Source: Sedimentisphaerales bacterium
GTDB taxonomy: Bacteria > Planctomycetota > Phycisphaerae > Sedimentisphaerales > SM23-30
DNA length: 64,000 bases
Reading direction: 5' to 3'
NCBI GenBank assembly: GCA_963663805.2
Contig: CAXXMR010000012.1
Coordinates: forward strand, 448,001-512,000
The stretch's first letter is position 1; each line of letters begins with the position of its first letter. Below the pieces are notes generated by a model. It was not told where the DNA came from and did no database searches. It saw nothing but the letters and a program-made list of their open reading frames with translations. The position numbers and the translations under genes were made by a program. Below are positions 58,641 through 64,000 of the stretch, one piece after another.

Positions 58641-59995
58641 CTCAAACTGACCGATTGAAGGGATTTTGATGGTATTGATAGTTGAACAAAAAAGGCCTTT
58701 CGAGCCGATAAATGTAGTGCAAACCAACATTTACTGGCAAGGAGGCCTTATGCTTACTATCGGCAAAATTCCTCAAAAAGTCAAAACTTTTTTTCGGCCG
58801 ACCAAAAGCCTGGTTTCGGCTCACGTTTATTCTTATTATTGCAATATGGTGATTGCTATTTGTATCAGCCACGGTAGTACCATCGACAGGCTGGTAAAGC
58901 TCTTGCGCAATGCTACTCACCGCACCAATCACGGTGAATTTCTTTGGCGCAGTGACTTTGACGAGATGGCTGTGGTTAAAGGTCAGGCTGTCGGAATGCT
59001 CAGTGGTCTCTTCAAAAAAGGATGCAAAGACTGTCTGCTGATTATCGACGACACTCAAACGATCAAGCGGGCCAAGAAGATGCAGGCGGTCGGCAAGATA
59101 CATCATCATGCCTCCGGGAAATACTGCATGGGCCATACCATTGTCAAAGCTTGTCTGTTTTACCGAGGCGTAACTATACCTTTGGGTTCCTGGCTGTACG
59201 TCAAAAAAGAACATGTCAAAGAACTTAAGGTTCCCTTCCAAAAACTTACGGAACTGGCCGGGCAAATTGTTCGGACAGCAGAAATTCCCGAGAAATTTGA
59301 TGTCACTGTTTTGTTCGATGCGTTCTATCTTTGTCCTGCGGTTGTCAATGCCTGTAAAGCAAGGAAATGGCGTTATATTGGGGTTAGCAAGTCGAATCGC
59401 TGGCTTACCGTTAGTTCGACCAAACATAAGATTGGCAAATACGGTAAGAATATTTTGAACCGAACTGGCAGTTGGCATAGCATTAAGGGGCTGCGTAAAA
59501 CCTCCTCCTACAAACTCGCTCAGCGTGCTGGAGTGATGAATAAACTTGGCGAAGTTAAAGTTGTGTTCTCCAAGCGCCGGAACGATCGTAATGTGATTGC
59601 TCTGGTTACGAACGACCTGCGCTTGTCGACGAAGAAAATTGTCAGCCGCTATCTGAAGCGTTGGGCAATTGAGGTGATGATCAAAGAACAGAAACAGCAT
59701 CTGGGACTGGGCGATTACCGTGTTTGGCGGTACCGGGCGATAGTTAGACACCTGTCCCTGGTCGATAGTGCCTATGCCTGCCTGACCCATGTTGGCCTGA
59801 ATGACCAACGTGCACAAGGCCATAAAAACGATACCAAGAATATGCTGTCTGTGCCGCCGATCAGCCAACTCAAAGCTCAAATGCACCAGATTGTCTGGAA
59901 TCAGGAGGTTCAAAATGTTATTAAAGTGTCTCATGATAAAAAAGTTATCCGCCGCCTGGAAAAACTCCTTGCGGCATAAAATCGGTCAGTTTGAG
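58641..59995 (+). mobile_element. IS701-like insertion sequence, ~1355 bp
   Basis: Perfect 16-bp terminal IRs CTCAAACTGACCGATT (58641-58656) and AATCGGTCAGTTTGAG (59980-59995); flanking direct repeat TAAATTA (58634-58640, 59996-60002). Confidence 0.92.
58750..59979 (+). CDS. DDE transposase (IS701-like)
   Basis: LIIDDT, VLFDAFY, Y.KRWAIE..IKE.KQ.LGL; SD AAGGAGG before ATG 58750. Confidence 0.92.
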   Translation: MLTIGKIPQKVKTFFRPTKSLVSAHVYSYYCNMVIAICISHGSTIDRLVKLLRNATHRTNHGEFLWRSDFDEMAVVKGQAVGMLSGLFKKGCKDCLLIIDDTQTIKRAKKMQAVGKIHHHASGKYCMGHTIVKACLFYRGVTIPLGSWLYVKKEHVKELKVPFQKLTELAGQIVRTAEIPEKFDVTVLFDAFYLCPAVVNACKARKWRYIGVSKSNRWLTVSSTKHKIGKYGKNILNRTGSWHSIKGLRKTSSYKLAQRAGVMNKLGEVKVVFSKRRNDRNVIALVTNDLRLSTKKIVSRYLKRWAIEVMIKEQKQHLGLGDYRVWRYRAIVRHLSLVDSAYACLTHVGLNDQRAQGHKNDTKNMLSVPPISQLKAQMHQIVWNQEVQNVIKVSHDKKVIRRLEKLLAA

Positions 59996-59999
59996 TAAA

Positions 60000-60188
60000 T
60001 TATGAAGGTTTTTCGTTGTCGCGCCGCGTCAGGGCAAAATAAACAACGTATATCCACGACAGCACGCCATGGAGAATCATAAAAAAAATTGATTTATTGC
60101 GATACCAGCTCAGCACCACCGCGATTGCAGCACCCAGGCCTATGCCCGACTGCGTTACGACGTTATGTTGAATCTCCGCAAGTATCAT
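60000..60188 (-). CDS. Small hydrophobic protein, hypothetical
   Basis: SD AAAGG and ATGA overlap with the upstream gene; 2 TM segments. Confidence 0.7.
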   Translation of the reverse strand: MILAEIQHNVVTQSGIGLGAAIAVVLSWYRNKSIFFMILHGVLSWIYVVYFALTRRDNEKPS

Positions 60189-60409
60189 AAATTACCTTTC
60201 TGGTATCGGCTGGTTTTTTCCTTGCCCGCAACGAGAACCCGTTCAATCTCATCAGCCGACATGCCCTGTCGAACCATAGTGCATTTCAACTCGGTTTCGG
60301 CCCGCATCTTAAATATTTTATAGACATAATGCAGGGATACAGCCACAATCGGCAACCCAAAAATCAGGACCAAGGCCAGCACATCTGGTTCTAGTAAATC
60401 ATGCCACAT
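60185..60409 (-). CDS. Small single-TM protein, hypothetical
   Basis: SD AAGGA; TM followed by 'ELK..MV..GMSADEIERVL'. Confidence 0.75.
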   Translation of the reverse strand: MWHDLLEPDVLALVLIFGLPIVAVSLHYVYKIFKMRAETELKCTMVRQGMSADEIERVLVAGKEKTSRYQKGNL

Positions 60410-60477
60410 ATCAATTCCTTCACAATAGTTCTATCTGATTAGTCGCAGGCATCCTGATAACATTACAAAAAATTATT

Positions 60478-61257
60478 TCAGGAATTTTTAATATACATAA
60501 CGGTAATATTATCATGTCCGCCAGCGTCATTGGCGGCTTTGATAAGGGTTTGGCATATCTTCTGAGGTTCTTCCTGCTTTTTGATAATATCGATAATTTC
60601 CGGCAGCGTCACCATATCGGTCAGGCCGTCGGAACAGAGCAGCAGGGCATCAGCGTTTTTCCAGGGGAACGAACGTACATGCGGGGCAACCTCTTCCTGC
60701 ATACCGATATACTGAGTAATCTGCCCCAGAGCAGGATGGTCCTCCACCTGCGACTCATCAATTTTTTTAGCCTCCAGCAATTCAGAAATCACGGTATGGT
60801 CCCGCGTAACCTGAGCCATCCTGTCTGAATGAATCCTAAAGGCCTGACTGTCACCCACATTGGCAATGTAAACCCGCCCGGCACGAATCAGCACAATGAC
60901 CAATGTCGCCCCCATATCAGCGTAGCCCGATTCACTGTGCCCTTCAAGATACATGTGCCGATTCTGCTTGCGTATAGCCCGGTGTAACGCATGGCGAACG
61001 GAACGCATATGCGCCGATTTAATTTTGTGGAGTCGGTTTTCGATAAGAACCGGCAAGTCCTCAACCACGATTCGTGACGCGATTTTGCCGCCGCGATGCC
61101 CACCCATCCCATCGGATACCATAAAAAGCGTGAGTTCTTCGTTGGCGTAAAACGAATCCTGATTTTCGCTGCGCTGTCTGCCCTGGTCACTAAGTGCTGC
61201 CCAGCTTATGCTTGCCGGCAGAGCGTCATGCGTTTCAACATGTTCAGTCATTGCCAT
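60478..61257 (-). CDS. PP2C/Stp1-family Ser/Thr phosphatase
   Basis: SDQG..R.ENQD, VSDGMGGH, MGATL, ANVGDS, LLCSDGLTD, GGHDNIT. Confidence 0.95.
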   Translation of the reverse strand: MAMTEHVETHDALPASISWAALSDQGRQRSENQDSFYANEELTLFMVSDGMGGHRGGKIASRIVVEDLPVLIENRLHKIKSAHMRSVRHALHRAIRKQNRHMYLEGHSESGYADMGATLVIVLIRAGRVYIANVGDSQAFRIHSDRMAQVTRDHTVISELLEAKKIDESQVEDHPALGQITQYIGMQEEVAPHVRSFPWKNADALLLCSDGLTDMVTLPEIIDIIKKQEEPQKICQTLIKAANDAGGHDNITVMYIKNS

Positions 61258-61262
61258 ACCTC

Positions 61263-63011
61263 TTACACTTTTGATGATTCCGATTTTCGTCCAGCCTTCA
61301 GGAAAATGATAACTGTTTCAACGAACATCCAGCCAGCCAGAAATAATATCAACACACTCAACACCGTAAGCAGCCAGTCACCGCCCGTGTAGAAATCATC
61401 GAGCTTGGCAACCAAAGCCCAGATGGTTATCACCAGCATGAACACACACGGAAAAGCCGCGACCAGATATTTCATCCCGCCTTTGCGTTTGAGATACATC
61501 GTAACAACCAGCAAGGCCAGGGATGCCAGTAATTGATTGACCGTACCGAACAAAGGCCAAAGCACCATCGCGCCTTTACCGTCGGCACCGGTGGCAAAGG
61601 CCAGAATCGCCGCTGTTACAACCGCGAAAGTTGTCGCCGCCCATTTGTTGCCGAGTATATTCAGTTTAATCGTCGAGGCCAGCTCACTGGTGATATAACG
61701 CTGTAAACGAACCGCCGTGTCAAGTGTCGTGCCGGCAAACGACGCAATGAACACGCCCATTAGTACCGTGCCAACAGACTTGTGAATATGAAGCGCTTCC
61801 ATCATGTTCGCGGCACCTTTGACAACCGCGCTGAGCTTGGCACCCAGACCAGCGGCACCCGACCACGTAATATAATGTTTGTTCCAGGCCGCAAAACCGG
61901 TAAGCGTTTCACCATCGGCAGTGGTATAAGCAATACCAATACCCGCCGCGACACAAATTAGAATCAGTACCGCTAAAGCACCTTCCAAAAGCATTGAGCC
62001 GTAACCGATAAAGAGCGAATCCTTCTCCGATGAAATCTGTTTGGGACTTGTGCCGCTGGCTACCAGCGAATGAAAACCACTAACCGCTCCACAGGCAATT
62101 GTGACGAACATGAAAGGCCAGATGGAAGGAGAGCCCGTATCAGCCGTATTGAGCGCGGGGGCAACTAATTCCAGCTTGCCGAAAATACCGCTGAAAACAA
62201 CGCCTAAAATAAGCAGCCCCATCATGAGAAAAAGCTGCCAGGCATTGATATAATCACGCGGCTGCAACAGAGTCGTCACCGGCAGCACCGATGCACAAAA
62301 AGCGTAGATGAGCAAAACTATCGTCCATGAACCCGTCGAGGGCATAAAGGAAAAATCCGGGATCGAACATAATTCAGGATAGCGCGTTTCCAGAACGGCA
62401 CCCAATATAATGAAACTGTACATCGCTGCCACCGCAATTGCGGTCGCCAGCCAGACCCGTGCTTTTTTCTTGTAGACCGCGTAGCCCATTAAAATCGCGA
62501 TGGGTATCTGAGTCCAGACCGGTATCACCGAACTGGGAAAAAATTTGAATACGACCGCGATGACCACTCCGAAAATGGCAATGATGATTAGCAATGCCAA
62601 AAACACCACTAGAAAAAACATGATGCGAACCCGAATGTTAATATACTTCGAGGTAATATCCGAAAGACTCTTGCCCTGATTACGCATGGAAACCACCAGC
62701 GAGCCAAAGTCATGTACCGCCCCCATAAAAATACTGCCGAAAACCACCCACAACAGCGCCGGCAGCCAACCCCAGATTATACCAACCGCCGGCCCCACGA
62801 TCGGCCCGGTACCCGCGATCGAGGTGAAATGATGCCCGAAGATGACCCCTTTGCGGCTGGGCACATAATCAACCCCGTCCTCCAGCTCGCGACTGGGCAC
62901 GAGGGCATCAGGATTCAGCCGAAATATTTTCTGCGCCAGAAATCTGCCGTAAGTATAGTAAGCGATAATATACGCCGCAAACGCCGCCGCCATAAGTAAA
63001 ATGGTCTGCAC
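61263..63011 (-). CDS. cstA: Carbon starvation protein A family transporter
   Basis: DGVDYVP, FGHHFTSIAGTGPIVGP, LLQPRDYIN, TIACGAVSGFHSLV, TTLDTA.R, WPLFG.VNQLLA. Confidence 0.96.
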   Translation of the reverse strand: MQTILLMAAAFAAYIIAYYTYGRFLAQKIFRLNPDALVPSRELEDGVDYVPSRKGVIFGHHFTSIAGTGPIVGPAVGIIWGWLPALLWVVFGSIFMGAVHDFGSLVVSMRNQGKSLSDITSKYINIRVRIMFFLVVFLALLIIIAIFGVVIAVVFKFFPSSVIPVWTQIPIAILMGYAVYKKKARVWLATAIAVAAMYSFIILGAVLETRYPELCSIPDFSFMPSTGSWTIVLLIYAFCASVLPVTTLLQPRDYINAWQLFLMMGLLILGVVFSGIFGKLELVAPALNTADTGSPSIWPFMFVTIACGAVSGFHSLVASGTSPKQISSEKDSLFIGYGSMLLEGALAVLILICVAAGIGIAYTTADGETLTGFAAWNKHYITWSGAAGLGAKLSAVVKGAANMMEALHIHKSVGTVLMGVFIASFAGTTLDTAVRLQRYITSELASTIKLNILGNKWAATTFAVVTAAILAFATGADGKGAMVLWPLFGTVNQLLASLALLVVTMYLKRKGGMKYLVAAFPCVFMLVITIWALVAKLDDFYTGGDWLLTVLSVLILFLAGWMFVETVIIFLKAGRKSESSKV

Positions 63012-63041
63012 CCGAAATTCTCCTTTCTGAATGACTAAACA

Positions 63042-64000
63042 TCATCGGGAAAGATAAACTTTATAGCGATACTTGAGTTCCTGTTTTGCTCCCGCTCCCA
63101 TATCGATTTTCCATTTCAAAACATTATTGGCGTTCACCCGTCGCAATCCTCGCGCGGTTTTCTCCAGCTCCGCCAGCGGACTGGAGCTAAGCAGCTCGCC
63201 CGAGAAAAACTTTTCTATCTCCAACGTCACCGCCTCATTCTTATAATTTATCGCTTCCAGCGTACCCTCCACCGTCACCATATCATAATTACTGCCGAAA
63301 AATTTAGCCGCATCCCGCAGCCGCTCTACCTCGTTTTCTATCTCCGAAACTCGAATCGACAAAGCCTGCGTTATCCGCACGGTAGTCTCCTCACCCGCGG
63401 CGGTATAGTTCAGCGTGTCCTGACCCAGGATTATGTTGTCCTGCACAATCGTCGCCGGCGCGGTCGTCCAGGGCAATTTGCTGCTATTATGTATTTTCAG
63501 ATTATGCCATACAATCTGTTCCGATTGCTGCTCACGCGGCTGACGATACCGCTCATAGTCGTCCACATAATCGGCAATCTCCCATTGATAAACATGCTCA
63601 TAACGAACCGGCTCGGTGAACAAAGGATAATATCCCGTTTCTTCTTTAGCCAGCGTAACCGCGTCTACCGGATACAAAAATAAATCCTCAGCCTCCCGCC
63701 CGCTCTCCGCCGCACCATAATCCGGCATGGCAAACCCGCCCATCCCCGCATCTTTCATCATAGGCGAATTATACATAACACGCTGGATTGCCACATTTCC
63801 CCTGCCGCGTCCCTCATTGTTATCCTTGCCCAGCGATTGCAAAAATTCCGCCAGGGTTTGCTTGCCCGAAAGCGGACTGATAATATCCGAAAACTGCAAA
63901 TTCGGATAGCCCGTAATAAGGGACATATACACCCCGTCGAAATTCATCGTCTCGTTAATCACCACCGCCTTGGCCGCGACATACGCCTGGCTGCTGTCAG
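63042..64000 (-). CDS. DUF4139-like protein, 3' portion (5' end outside window)
   Basis: Frame open to the window edge; 'EDLFLYP', 'NSSKLPWTTAPA', 'LGQDTLNYT', 'L.W.I...AG..EL.YRY' C-terminal pattern. Confidence 0.7.
   Translation of the reverse strand, partial: DSSQAYVAAKAVVINETMNFDGVYMSLITGYPNLQFSDIISPLSGKQTLAEFLQSLGKDNNEGRGRGNVAIQRVMYNSPMMKDAGMGGFAMPDYGAAESGREAEDLFLYPVDAVTLAKEETGYYPLFTEPVRYEHVYQWEIADYVDDYERYRQPREQQSEQIVWHNLKIHNSSKLPWTTAPATIVQDNIILGQDTLNYTAAGEETTVRITQALSIRVSEIENEVERLRDAAKFFGSNYDMVTVEGTLEAINYKNEAVTLEIEKFFSGELLSSSPLAELEKTARGLRRVNANNVLKWKIDMGAGAKQELKYRYKVYLSR

Noticed and set aside
58642..59934. 430-aa ORF antisense to the IS701-like transposase
   Set aside because: Spans nearly the same interval on the opposite strand with no motifs or SD; most likely a shadow frame.

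Overview
Bacterial chromosomal segment, most consistent with a planctomycete of the Phycisphaerae type. This is inferred from the PEP-CTERM and VPAPGA sorting signals, bacterial Top6B, the hpf-ptsN-ptsH-ptsI-TIGR03936-rng-coaE-rho gene order, and lysS-lolE linkage. The first ~5.3 kb is an accessory patch: the end of one IS66-like element, a complete IS66 with no target duplication, several truncated parallel beta-helix surface-protein fragments and an intact HAF-repeat PEP-CTERM gene. The rest is mostly housekeeping and envelope genes (dat, lnt, SurA-like, mfd, two LolC/E-type permeases, GT2 plus a triple-frameshifted GT-C, pgpA, top6B, rho, coaE, rng, PTS-Ntr-like genes, a GldAFG-like ABC system, parB with two perfect parS sites, wzx, lysS, LOG, PP2C, cstA), plus an IS701-like element between two convergent stop codons. 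The most notable items are an unannotated 836-aa membrane protein with a recognisable but divergent protein-kinase fold, an orphan Top6B, a catalytically dead CE4 deacetylase homologue inside a core operon, a stand-alone FHA-GspE ATPase, a structured rho leader, and repeated reversals of G/C strand skew. I found no rRNA, tRNA or CRISPR array. All family calls come from motif recognition by eye, not from database searches.
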